In this document: in pieces, positions 12,597 to 24,657 of the stretch
Position numbering within the stretch: the stretch's first letter is position 1
Layout of the letters: each line of letters begins with the position of its first letter
DNA from: Chiloscyllium plagiosum
Taxonomy: Eukaryota
Assembly: GCF_004010195.1 (NCBI RefSeq)
Contig: NC_057752.1
Coordinates: 11,116,211-11,180,210, forward strand
DNA: 64,000 bases
Reading direction: 5' to 3'
The notes under the pieces: model-generated
What the model saw: the letters and a program-made list of their open reading frames with translations, nothing else
Told to the model about the DNA's origin: nothing
Database searches by the model: none
Position numbers and translations under genes: made by a program

Positions 12597-13816
12597 TGCT
12601 TCCAATTAAACCTGTTGGACTATAACCTAGTGTTGTGTGATTTTTAACTTAGCACAATTGTAGAGTGGGTTTAAATGGAAAATATGATTCGCTAAAAGTG
12701 GTTGCTTTATATTTTGGAAATAAATTGTGTACAACTTGTGTGAAGGAGTATTTTTGTTTTGGTCACTGTCCATTTCTAGGTGAAGAAAAGTTTGGGCCAA
12801 ATGCAGTACATTTAAAAGAAAACCTCCTATTTTACCAGCCAGGCACAACATTTTGATTTCCTCAACCATATTATCCAATTCTTTTGCTAGTATCTTATAC
12901 AAATATGACCAGTTTTGTGGTATGAACCAGTACTTAGTGGGAATTAAGTTCATTCTACAGTTAATTTCACATAACTCCTTGATGATTGAATAGGTAATGG
13001 AGCAGTATCACATAAATGAAGTTTCAGCCCCTTTTCAAGGGAGAAAATGGCCCAGAAGATTGGTGAGAAGGTGAAACAAGCTAAATTTGCTATTCAGAAA
13101 CAGGACTTCTTGGTATCAAAGAATCTTGAATTCAGTCAGAAGCCATTGTAATGGAGGGCAACTCATGATGATGTATTGAGTCAATTATTTGAATTCATAT
13201 TGTCTTCTGAAAGTCCCTCAAATTCTGTGGTATTAGCTGCATTTCGAAGTGAGTTTGGGAATGGTGTGCACTATTATGTTGAATCTTTTTAATAGCTCAC
13301 TGTAAGTGAGGTAATTGCTGACTCCCTATGTGTTAATCATCACGAGAACAGCATATTGAAGTACAGCATCTGGATTATATCAGATAACGTTTTCTTACAG
13401 GAACTACTGCTAGACTGTTGAGTCATAAAATTGAAAACAAAATACAACATTTTAAAAGAAAGTTTTCATTATGTTATCATTGGGTGTGAGGCTCCTATTT
13501 TTGGTAAAGTGGATGAGATGATGGTTTTTGTCAATTAACTGAACTAATTGAATGAATGTCATAAACTGTACCTTTCCTGAGAATGGCTTTAATGTGAATG
13601 AAAGATAGTAGTTAATAACGATGCATCTACAATAATGGTTTTTGACAACTTTCAAGCTGCCAACGTAGTGTAAATATCAGAAGTTTTATACAATGTGCAA
13701 CTGGAATAGAAAATAACTGATCAACAGAGAAAATCCAAAATCAGCGATGTAAACATGCTCAGCCCCCAGTGGCTGTCCTGCATTCATTGTTCAAGAATGA
13801 TTTGATACTGGTAGTT

Positions 13817-14223
13817 CTGGATGTAAGTTTGCTCGCTGAGCTGGAAGGTTCGTTTTCACACGTTTCATCACCGTACTAGGTAACATCATCAGTGAACCTC
13901 TGGTGAAGCACTGGTGTTCGTGGCCCGTTTTCTATTTATGTGTTTAGGCTTCCTTGGGTTGGTGATGTCATTTCCTGTGGTGATTTCATTTCCTGTTCTT
14001 TTTCTCAGAGACTAGATGATAAATGGGATCCCAAGTCAATGTGTTTGTTGATGGGGTTCTGGTTGGAATGCCATGCTTCTAGGAATTCTCGTGCGTGTCT
14101 CTGTTTGGCTTTCCTAGGGTGGATATGTTGTCCAAGTCAAAGTGGTGTCCTTCCTCAACTGTATGTAAGGATACTAGTGAGAGAGGGTCATGTCGTTTTG
14201 TGGCTAGTTCATGTTCATATATC
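13817..14223 (-). mobile_element. Penelope-like element (family 2) 3' fragment
   Basis: Minus frame RIYEHELATKRHDPLSLVSLHT..GHHFD..R(H)AREFLEAWHS (GIY-YIG C-terminal half); hammerhead motif 13855-13896 with the cleavage base changed to G; direct repeat CTGGTAGTT at 13808-13816 and 14224-14232. Confidence 0.8.
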
Positions 14224-14813
14224 CTGGTAGTTTCTATATTACATTATTTTGAATTGTTATGTTGGTACTCATGATACCAAAATGTGAAAACCAGACTTCA
14301 AAGTAACCAGCAACAAGATTATTCATTTTGCATTGCGATCTGTCCACTCATATGAATATATCTCTTCATGGGCATACATGTTTAACCAAGTAAAAACCTA
14401 TTTGATAAGCTCAAAACAGAATTTTAAAAATTCCTTTACTGGAGGGCAGGGACTAGATGTTTAAGTGCTGTTTGAATGGTGAATGTGGTAATTAAATTGC
14501 TGACAGGTACGATCAACTATATTTTACAAGAAATACTGAATTTGTTTTAACTTTATGATTGTACTATAAAACACTGGGTTACAAAATTAGCTCCATGACC
14601 AGCCAGAACCAAATATGATGTATTGTTCTAGATCAAAACTTTCTGAAATGTCACAATATGTTGGTCCCAGAAAATAATTCTCATAATTTAATCACTCTGA
14701 TCACTCTTTCAATACAGCTAATTCTGTCATTGCTTCCTCATGCTCCTGAAATCAACACATTTTCTGTAAGATTATTACAAAAAAGAATTGTCAGTTGAAC
14801 CATTGTGGCTCAC

Positions 14814-14941
14814 CCATCCAGAAATAACCTTTGATCGCACAACCACAGCTTCCTGCTGTGCCTTAGTGTATAAACAAACGTAGCCTAACAGCCAGTAGTC
14901 ATAGAACTGGACCAGCAATCCAGTGGTTGAGTGTTCATATC
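14814..14941 (-). other. Candidate internal exon (unassigned)
   Basis: Minus strand ttcagttttatAG| ... TGG|GTGAGC; 128 nt; one open frame YEHSTTGLLVQFYDYWLLGYVCLYTKAQQEAVVVRSKVISGW. Confidence 0.25.
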
Positions 14942-15199
14942 CTATAAAACTGAATTGCATACATCTGATCTTTAAAGTTACCAAATTGTCATAAACCTTA
15001 ACTGGTTCACCAGTGTGCCTCAGAGAGGGAAGCTGCTACTTTTATCTGATCCATTCTACATGTGACTGTAGTCCTTCATTATGTAGCTGACTATTAATAT
15101 TCTCAGAGCAACTACAAATGCTTAACAAATTCTCCTTGACAAGAGCTCTTTTCGGTACTGCTAGTAAAAGGCACTGATGACATCCTGTGTGACTGGCTT

Positions 15200-17390
15200 C
15201 TGTAAACTTTTCCTTCTCAGCATCCTCAATCTGTCTGCAGTCTTTGGCATGGTGACCAGACCATCCTCCTCCGCCCCACCTCTCCTCTGTCATCCAGCTG
15301 CTCTCACCTGGTTCCATTCTTATCCAGCTCCTCAAACCAGGTAATTCCCCACAATGTCTTCTCTTCCTGCTCCTGTTCCTTCAGATAATCCCTCAAGGAT
15401 CGATATTTGATCCTCTCCTATTTCTCATCTCCATGCTGCCCCTCAGTGATTCATCTGCAGACAGTGTTCGTTTTCACATGGACACAGTCCACCCCCAGCT
15501 CTACCTCACCATCGCCTCTCTCATCCGAGCCCTCCACTGATGCTGAATTCTCAGAGAGCTGGATGAGCAGAACTTTCCAACAATTAAATATTGAAGAAAC
15601 TGAAGCCATTGTTTTCAGTATGTGCTCCAAACTCAATTCCCTAACTACCAACTCCATCTGTCTCCCTGGTGACAAACCAAGAGTGAGCCAGTCTGTCCAC
15701 AACCTCGGTGTCATATTCGATCCTGACATAAGCTTTCAACTTGTATTTGTGCCAACACAGAGAGTGCTCATTTCCACCTCTGTCATGCTGCCTGACCTCA
15801 CCCTGGTCTCAGCTCATCAGCTGCTGAAACCCTCATCCCCATCATTACCTCGAGACTCTATTATTGCAAAACATTCTATCCTCTGGAAACTTTGAGGTCA
15901 TTTAAAACTCTGCTGCCTGTGCCCTAACTCACAGTCAGTCCCATTCCCCTACCACATGCCCACCCCGTGCTCCCTGACCGACATTGCTACACTGGGAGGC
16001 AACACCTTAATTTTAAAATCCTCATCCTCATTTTCAAATCCCTCCACAGCCTCGAGTGCCTCCTTCTCTCTAATCTCATCCAATCCTCAACCCTGTATGA
16101 TATCTGTGATCCTTGAATTCTGGCTGGTCTTCCAAAGCCATTGTCTTTGGTTGTTGCCAAACTTGGTTCTCCCTTTACTGATGACATTCCTGTGTCTATA
16201 GCTGAATTAGACTATTCACAACTTCAGTGTCATATTTGACCTGAGGTGAACTTCCAATCATACAGCTGAGCTATCACTTACAATGCCTATTTTCATTTCC
16301 ATAACATCATCCCAGCTCAGCTGCTGCTAAAATCCTTACGCATGCCTTTGATACCTCTAGACATAGTCTCCCTTCTTTCGGAAAGGGTCTTGAAAGGCTT
16401 CAGAAAAGATTTACAAGGATGTTGCCAGCCTTAGATGGCTTGAGTTAAAGGGGGTGACTAAATAGACTGGGGCTTTTTTTCCCTGGAGGATCGGAGGCTG
16501 AGGGGTGACCTTATGGAGGTTTATAAAATCATGAGGGGCATGGACAGGGTAAATAGCCAAGGAGTTTTCCCCAAGGTGGGGGGAGTCCAAAAGTACAGGT
16601 TTAAGGTGAGAGGGGAAAGATATAAAAAGAACCTCAGGGGCAACGTTTTCACACAGCAGGTGGTGTGTGTTTGAAACAAGCTGCCAGAGTTGGTGAAGTA
16701 GGCTGGTTCAATTAGAGTACATCATTTAAAAGGTGTCTGGATGGGTATATGAATAGAAAGGTTTAGAGGGATATGGGCCAAATGCTGACAAATGGGATTA
16801 GATCAGTTTAGGATTTATGATCAGTGCAGACGAATTGGACCGAACGATCTGTTTCCATGCTGTAAACACTATTACTCAACAATATCGCCACACTGACGAT
16901 TGGTCTTCTACATTTTGCCTTCTGTAAACGTCAGGTCATTCAAAACATGGGCTGCCCAGGTCGTCATACATGAAGTCCTGATTATCTGTCACTGCTTTGC
17001 TCGCTGATCTCCTCTGATTCCCAGTCAAGCAACATCGCGATTTCATCTTTGTTTTCAAATTCCTCCATCTTTGCCCCCAATTCTAATCTTGTCTAAACCT
17101 ACAATTCTCTGCAATGTCTGTTCTCCTTCAATTCAGCCTTCTTTCTTAGCCCCGATTTTAATTACTCCATCATTGGTGTCCATGGCTTCAGTTACCTAAG
17201 ACCTAAGCACTGTAATGCCCTACAATTGCCTGCATCATGAGTTTTATTTCCTCCACTAAGACAATCCTTAAAACCTAACTCTTTGACAAAAGTTTTGAGC
17301 ATCTGCCTTAATATGTGGTTGTGTCAAATTTTGCTTAGTAACACTCCTCTGAAACACCTTGGGATGTTTCACTGCATAAAATGCAAGTTA
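15200..17390 (+). mobile_element. L2 LINE fragments (two partly overlapping copies), split by a CR1 tail
   Basis: WMSRTFQQLNIEETEAIVF, SVHNLGVIFDP and ITSRL motifs; L2-type terminus near 17350-17390. Confidence 0.75.
16365..16880 (+). mobile_element. CR1 (HER1-like) 3' fragment
   Basis: QKRFTRMLP, RLRGDLMEVYKIMRG, GNVFTQQVV. Confidence 0.88.
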
Positions 17391-18059
17391 TTGGTGTGTT
17401 ATAAACAGAAAAAGCCAGAATTAGAAGCAGGTGTTAATTCGGATTTCCAGCATCGGTAGTATTGTGTTTCTGCGTTGACTTTGTTGTAGCTTTGTTTTTT
17501 GCTTTTCTCAAATCTTTCCTACTGGCATTACTTAGCAGAACAACTGTTATGGAAATTCAATATGACTAAAAGAGTTAAGACATCAGCTGAAATATTCAAA
17601 CAAGATCCAAGAGAAAGGACAAATTTCAGAGATGTGATGTGTACAAAATGATGCTCTGCTGAAAACTGTTCTACCTCGGTATTACTGTGCCTTCCAATTG
17701 TGTCATCGTCTTTCTGACCTGTTACAGATTCCTGGATGTTCACTCCACTAAAAATACTTCTGTCAGTGCATCTTTCAATATTCCCCTCTCAAGTAGCTTC
17801 TGAACTTCAATCATTATCCCAATCCCTGAACAAGGACAACATTCAGTGATGCTCCATGCTGGTTCCACCCTACCTATATACTTACATATGACCACACATA
17901 TTAGGAGCAGAACTAGGCCACTTGCATCTTTGAGCTTGTTCTTAATAAATGACAATCAGTACTCATAAAGTCCCGTTGATTCCATCTCCAGTTTCAACAT
18001 GGGACCAATGGAAAGAGTCCAGAGAAGGAGTCAAGCTCATTTCTTACTCACAGGGCTGA

Positions 18060-18670
18060 GGTATGAGCATATATAAATATAAGAAGAATTAGGAGTGTAA
18101 ATAGACCATTCAATAATGGCTGACGTTTGTTTTTCAAATTCCACATTCTCATCTATCCTCTAACTTGTAATATCCCATGTAACAAGAATCTATTTACTTT
18201 TGTATTAAAGACATGCGATCATAATGAATTTACTGCCTTCCGTGCCAAAGTTCCAAAGTCCCACGATCAGTTGAAGGATTCCTGTCCTTAAAACAAAAGA
18301 CCTCTACTTGTTCTGGACAAACCCATAAGAGGAAACAAGATTTCCACATGACCTTGTCAAGACCATTTAGGATTAACAATTTTTGAGAAGATTTGTAGCT
18401 CAGGTTGATGATAAGTATGTAAGTTAACGCGCTGATCTTGAAGATTCAAGCTAACTTCCATATTTACCATTTAGGATCTTACATACATCAATCAAAGCAA
18501 CCCCTCACTCTTCTAAACCCCAGTGAAAACAAGCCCAGTCTGTCCAATCTTTCATCATAAAACAACCTGCTCACTCCAGGTATCAATCTCATGAACATTC
18601 TCTGAACCACCTCCAACACAATTAGATCCTTATTTAAATAACAAGACCAAGACGGCACACATTATACCAC
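18060..18670 (-). mobile_element. Old CR1 3' fragment with a 92-bp PLE-end insertion
   Basis: Minus strand VQRMFMRLIPG..RLDRLGLFSL; insert 18374-18465 bounded by ACCATTTAGGAT (18362-18373, 18466-18477). Confidence 0.7.
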
Positions 18671-18873
18671 CACAGGGGCTCTGACTTTAATGCTGGACAC
18701 CCTATTTATTTCCTGTTTATTATCAGGACCTCTTTCCATGCTATTAAAAGCTGTACAACTCTAACCCTGCCGATGTATTTGGGAATTGGCATCAATACAT
18801 GTTTGCTCACCTATACAAAATATGTAGTGCTCCTACATGCATATTTATATAATAATTAATTACTATCACTTTA

Positions 18874-19150
18874 TAGATTATTTACACCTTGGAAACAGGT
18901 CCTTTGGCCCAACAAGTCCACACCGACCCACCTAAGTGCAACCCACCCAAACCCATTCCCCTAACACTACGGGCAAGTTAGCATGGCCAATTCACCTGAC
19001 CTGCACATTTTTGGACTGTGGGAGGAAACCCACACAGACACAGGGGAGAATGTGCAAACTCCACACAGAGAGTTGCCTGAGGCAGGAATTGAACCCGGGT
19101 CTCTGGCACTGTGAGGCAGTAGTGCTAACCACTGTGCCACCCACCACACC
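18874..19150 (-). mobile_element. HE1-type V-SINE
   Basis: Reverse complement of head, V-domain and tail. Confidence 0.9.
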
Positions 19151-19429
19151 CATGGACTTCTAAACATGAATAATGAATCCATATATAGCTTACTATTGTT
19201 TAGATTGTTTTTAAAAATTCATCAAAGCAAATCTCAAAATTCTGACGGTAGGCTGCCTGTTTTTTTTCCTCCCACAGATTCTGCCTGGACCTGCTGAATA
19301 TTTTAAGCATGTTTCTATATTAAGAATAAATCTCAAAACTGAAAGCGCAATCACAGTTCTCACATTAGCTTGTCAGTCCGAGACCTGGCTACCTATGCTT
19401 GCTCTAAGTGTGTCACATGCTCCCAGTTG

Positions 19430-20610
19430 AAGTGGTTCGCAGAGACGTTGTCCCTTTAAGGAGGAAAGAGCGCCATCTGTCCTCGCAGATCGGAAAGGCA
19501 ACATCAACATTTTTTTGTCGTATGCAGACTCGCCTTTGCATAAATTATGTTCATAACGTAGTGCTTAACGAGCAATGTTTATCGAAGCTGGTGGCTTTTT
19601 AATTACAAAGGAAGCATCGGCAAGACAATTTCCTTAAGAGTTTAGGACCGCCAAACGTTTCCATGATAATGGTGAAAACTGTGAAGAAATAATAAAATAT
19701 TCCTCAAGGCCCATCTTTTCTAAAAAAAATCGATGCAAATATTCCTCCGTTAATCAATAGACTTGCCGTTCGTCTTAAATTGAAAACAAAACTCGACTTT
19801 TTTTCCCCCCTTGTAACTTGCTTCAAAAGAATTGTTGGCAAGCAAGCTGGTGAAAAGCGGACAGTTTCCGGGCTACTTTCTGCAGCTGAAAGATTAAAAA
19901 CTAACGGTAAGTAGATGCAGGTAATCCTGGGTGGAGTTGAGGGAGGGAGCAAGCTTTTTCTTTTATATCTGTGTGAGAGTGTGTGCACACATCTCCGAGA
20001 AAGAGGTGAGAAGTGGCGGGGAGGAGGACGGAGGTTGTGTCGCCTCATTTGGATTTTTTTCTCCGCCATTAGCATAATTTATAAATTTATGGTAGCAAAG
20101 AGCAGCGGCCGATTCTTCTCAAGCGAATCGGCCGCTTGACGTCTTCCGGTAGAGCCGGAGTGCGCGCCATAAACCTAATTTTTTTTTTGCCGGCGATGGT
20201 GTGGAGGGAAATATCATTCTTTCCCCCTCCATCTATTTCCTGAACATTCAAAACATACATAGAGAGAGAGGGGGGGAAAAAATGTATCTGAGGCCCCGGG
20301 AAAACCGAAAGCTCGCGCAGGCAAGCGAGAGGCTGCGCATGCGCGACGCTTCTAACGGCCAAACTCAAGTTCGGTGTTGGAAAAAAAAGGAAGAAAATAT
20401 TTTCGTCCCAATCCGCTAATTGTCCTGAACATTCAAAACATACATAGAGAGAGAGGGGGGGGGGAAAATGTATCTGAGGCCCCGGGAAAACCGAAAGCTC
20501 GCGCAGGCAAGCGAGACGCTGCGCATGCGCGACGCTTCTAACGGCCAAACTCAAGTTCGGTGTTGGAAAAAAAAGGAAGAAAATATTTTCGTCCCAATCC
20601 GCTAATTGAA
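19430..20610. promoter_or_regulatory. CpG-rich promoter-like island
   Basis: Most conspicuous non-transposon CpG-dense stretch; CGCCAT (YY1-like) motifs, TGACGTC overlapping CTTCCGG (CRE/ETS, 20137-20149), TGCGCATGCGCG (NRF1) at 20334 and 20520; + strand donors G|GTAAGT (19907) and CAG|GTAATC (19921). Confidence 0.75.
20238..20608. repeat. Tandem duplication, 185 + 186 bp
   Basis: 20238-20422 and 20423-20608 are identical apart from the GA/G/A run and GAGGCTG versus GACGCTG. Confidence 0.97.
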
Positions 20611-21524
20611 AAGTTGAATTATCTCATGTTTTGAATTGCATGACATGAAGCAGGAAGTTAGTGCAGGAGCCCTTGAATTTTACTTGAATGAAGCGCCCTT
20701 TTTTTTATTTTAAAGTTCTCAACATACTGTCTGAGGAGAAATCTGTTTCTAGAGGAAGACGTCCTCCATATGCTGTGGTGGTGAACTGTGCTGCATTCAT
20801 GCTAATTGGGAAAAAGGATCGTGGATAGGGGTAATTTGCGCACTGTTTAAAAGAAAATCCACTTCGAACCATTAAAAGCAAAACAAAACAAAATCCTGCA
20901 CAATTATCAGAGAAATTTGGATGGAAATTTAGTGAAGGGTGATTTGTAGGTGGAAACTACAGAAAAAAACAAATCTGCATTCAATAGGGTACATCCTTTT
21001 CCGATGCAATCCAGCCAAGTATTAGGGACCTTGCCAGTGAGAACTTTGTGATGAAAAGATAACTCTGAATGATGCACTTAATAAATGGATGTGAGGTCTC
21101 TCCCTAGTACCCGTCCAGACATTCTAAGTAGTCATTTATTTTGTGCTAGCCAGAGACAGTAGTATTAGTCAGACACAATGCACTTTCTTTGTTTTTTGAG
21201 AATTCATGCCAGTAAAGTGACAATGTAAAAACATCGTTAGACAAACTGTAACTGATTATTTTATAAGTTATTTCAAAACTGTAGTAGATAACTAATTGGT
21301 TACTTCTGAAGAGTTTTTGAGTGATTTATATAACGTTAGTATCAATGCAGTATGGAAGTTCACTAGTTTCTAAGTAGACAACAATGATTTGGAAGTTTAA
21401 ATTATAAATGAAATGAGAAAATAAAACTAAATATGATAAGGATACTCAGTGGTGTTTGAATCGTCGTAATGTGTCCTGTCGAAAGCAGGGCCATGTAGTT
21501 TGCAATCTTTCAGGTAAACTTCAA

Positions 21525-22240
21525 ATCACATAGTCATACAGCACGGAAACAGACCCTTTGGTCTCACCAGTCCATGTCAACCATAATCCCAAACTAAACT
21601 AGTCCCACCTGCCTGCTCCTGGCCCATATCCCTCCAAACATTTTCTGTTCATGTACTTATCCAAATGTCTTTTAAACATTGTAATTGCACTCACATCTGC
21701 AACTTCCTCTGGAAGTTCATTTCATATGCAAACCACCCGCTGTGTTTAAAAAAAAAACGTATTGCCCCCATGTCTTTTTAAAATCTCATCTCACCTTAAA
21801 AATGTGCCCCCTAGTTTTGAAATTCCTCCATCCAAGGGAAAAGACAACGACCATTAACTCTATATACACTCCTCATTATTTTGTAAACTTCTTTCAGGTC
21901 GCCTCTCAACCTTCTACGATCCAGTGAAAAAAGTCTCAGCCTATCCAGTCTTTCCTTATAACTCAAACCTTGCATTCCTGGCAGCATCCTAAATCTCTTC
22001 TGAACCCTCTTCAGCTTAATAATATCCTTCCTATAACTGGGTGACCAGAACTGGACACATATTTCAGAAGAGGCCTCACCAATGTCCAATACAACATCAG
22101 CATGACATCTTAATTCCTATACTCAAAAGACTGAGCAATGAAGGCAAGTGTTGTCAAAAACCTTTTTTAACCACCCTATCTATATGTGACGCAAACTTCA
22201 AAGAATTATTTACCTGCACCACCAGGTGTTTCTGTTCTAC
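21525..22240 (-). mobile_element. CR1 3' fragment
   Basis: Minus ORF CVQFWSPSYRKDIIKLKRVQKRF..RRRLRGDLKEVYKIM. Confidence 0.9.
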
Positions 22241-24657
22241 AAGTCTCAAGAGGGAGAGGGGCCAGCAGGAGGTCATTTTACACATCGGTACCAACGACAT
22301 AGGAAGGGAAAAGGTTGAAATTCTGAAGGGAGCTTACAGAGAGCTAGGCAGGAATTTAAGAAGATCCTCGAGAGTAATATCTGGATTACTCCTGGTGCTA
22401 CGAGCTAGTGAGGGCAGGAATAGGAGGATAGAGCAGGTGAATGCTTGGCTGAGGAGCTGGTGTATGGAAAAAGGATTCAAATGTTTTGGATCATTGGAAT
22501 TTCTTTAGGGGTAGAAGTGTACAAGAAGGACGGATTGCATATAAATTGGAAGGGGACTAATATGATGGCAGGGAGATTTGCTAGAGCTGCTCGGGAGGAT
22601 TTAAACTAGTAAGATTGGGTTGGGACCCAGGGAGATAGTGAGGAAAGAGATCAATCTGAGACCGGTACAGTTGAGAACAGAAAACAAGGTAGGACTGATA
22701 AACTAAATTGCATTTATTTCAATGCAAGAGGCCTAACAGGAAAGACAGATGAACTCAGGACATGGTTAGGAACATGGGACTGGGGTATCACAACAATTAC
22801 AGAAACATGGCTCAGGGACGGACAGGACGGCTGGAAAATGGGAAGCATTCAGAAATTAGATAACGAGAATCCAGAGACAGTATATTCCTGTTAGGGTGAA
22901 AGGAAAGGCTGGTAGGTATGGGGAATGCTGGATGTCTAAAGAAATTGAGGGTTTGGTTAAGAAAAAGAAGGAAGCATATGTCAGGTATAGACAGGATAGA
23001 TCGAGTGAATCCTTACAGTATAAAGGCAGCAGAAGTATACTTAAGAGGGAAATCAGGAGGGAAAAAAGGGGACATGAGATAGTTTTGGCAAATAGAGTTA
23101 AGGAGAATCCAAAGGGATTTTACAAATACTATAAGGACAAAAGGGTAACTAGGGGGAGAATAGGGCCTCTCAAAGGTCAGCAAGCGGCCTTTGTATGGAG
23201 CTGCAGGAGATGGGCGGGATACTAAATGAGTATTTTGCATCAGTATGTACATGGAAAAGGACATGGAAAATATAGAATGAGGGAAATAGATGGTGACATC
23301 TTGCAAAATGTCCAGATTACAGAGGAGGAGGTGCTGGATGTCTTGAAACGCATAAAAGTGGATAAATCCCCAGGACCTGAACAGGTATACCCTAGAGCTC
23401 TGTGGGATGCTGGGAAGTGATTGCTGGGCCTCTTGCTGATATATTTGTATCATCGGTAGTCACAGGTGAGGTACCGGAAGACTGGAGGTTGGCAAACGTG
23501 GTGCCAGTATTTAAGAAAGGTGGTAAGGACAAGCCAGGGAACTATAGTCCGGTGAGCCTGACGTCGGTGGTGGGCAAGTTGTTGGAGGGAATTCTGAGGG
23601 ACAGGATGTACATGTATTTAGAAAGGCAAGAACTGATTAGGGATAGTCAGCATGGCTTTGTGCATGGGAAATCATGTCTCACAAACTTGATTGAGTTTTT
23701 TTAAGAAGTAACAAAGAGGATTGATGAGGGGCAGAGTGGTAGATGTGATCTATATGGACTTCAGTAAGGCATTCGACAGGGTTCCCCATGGGATACTGGT
23801 GAGCAAGGTTAGATCTTGTGGAATACAGGGAGAACTAGCCATTTGGATACAGAACTGGCTCAAAGGTAGAAGATAGAGGGTGGTGATGGAGGGTTGCTTT
23901 TCAGACTGGAGGCCTGTGGACTTATATACTTAATGGTAAGGTCCGAGGGAGTGTTGCTGAACAAAGAGACCTTGGAGTGCAGTTTCATAGCTCCTTGAAA
24001 GTGGAGTCGCAGGTAGATAGGATAGTGAAGAAGGCGTTTGGTATGCTTTCCTTTATTGGTCAGAGTATTGAGTACAGGAGTTGGGAAGTCATGTTGCGGT
24101 TGTACAGGACATTGGTTAGGCCACTGTGTTGGAATATTGTGTGCAAGTCTGCTCTCCTTCCTATCGGAAGGATGTTGTGAAACTTGAAAGGGTTCAGAAA
24201 AGATTTACAAGAATATTGCCAGGGTTGGAGGATTTGAGCTATTGGGAGAGGTTGAATAGGCTGGGGCTGTTTTCCCTGGAGCGTTGGAGGCTAAGGTTTA
24301 TAAAATCATGAGGGGCGTGGATAGGATAAATAGACAAAGTCTTTTCCCTGGGGTGGGGGAGTCCAGAACTAGAGGGCATAGGTTTAGGGTGAGAGGGGAA
24401 AGATATAAAAGAGACCTAAGGGGCAACCTTTTCACGCAGAGGGTGGTGTGTGTATGGAATGAGGTGCCAGAGGAAGTGGTGGAGGCTGGTACAATTGCAA
24501 CATTTAAAAGGCATCTGAATGGCTATATGAATAGGAAGGGTTTGGAGAGATATGGGCTGGGTGCTGGCAGGTGGGACTAGATTGGGTTGGAATATCTGGT
24601 CGGCATGGACAGCTTGGACCGAAGGGTATGTTTCCGTCCTGCACAGCTCTATGACTA
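22241..24657 (+). mobile_element. CR1 (HER1-like) with ORF1 esterase, endonuclease start, RT and 3' end; multiple internal deletions
   Basis: VILHIGTNDIG and DGLH (SGNH esterase of CR1 ORF1), CIYFNARGL, ITETWL, KSPGP, QHGFVHGKSCLTNLIEFF, VWNEVPEEVVEA. Confidence 0.93.

Larger units (their letters stand above)
10760..12650 (+). mobile_element. Penelope-like retroelement (family 1), 5'-truncated, with inverted terminal repeat
   Basis: RT thumb/linker residues PTDNLTMLHFSSFHPKHIKTAIPYG and FPTPPLLAFKQSPNLKQIVVRSK; about 330-bp inverted repeat 10802-11133 versus 12310-12648; perfect 13-bp TSD AGCACAATTGTAG (10747-10759, 12651-12663); CA-rich tract 11972-12185. Confidence 0.9.

Noticed and set aside
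13161..13214. C/D snoRNA-like ATGATGA...CTGA with ACT/AGT ends
   Set aside because: Only 35 nt between the boxes and no recognisable rRNA guide; likely chance.
13047..13292. Protein-like frame MAQKIGEKVKQAKF...*WRATHDDVLSQLFEF
   Set aside because: Internal stop, no recognisable family and no clear splice sites.
19704..20554. ORFs of 72-155 aa in the CpG island
   Set aside because: Expected in GC-rich or duplicated promoter DNA; no recognisable domain.
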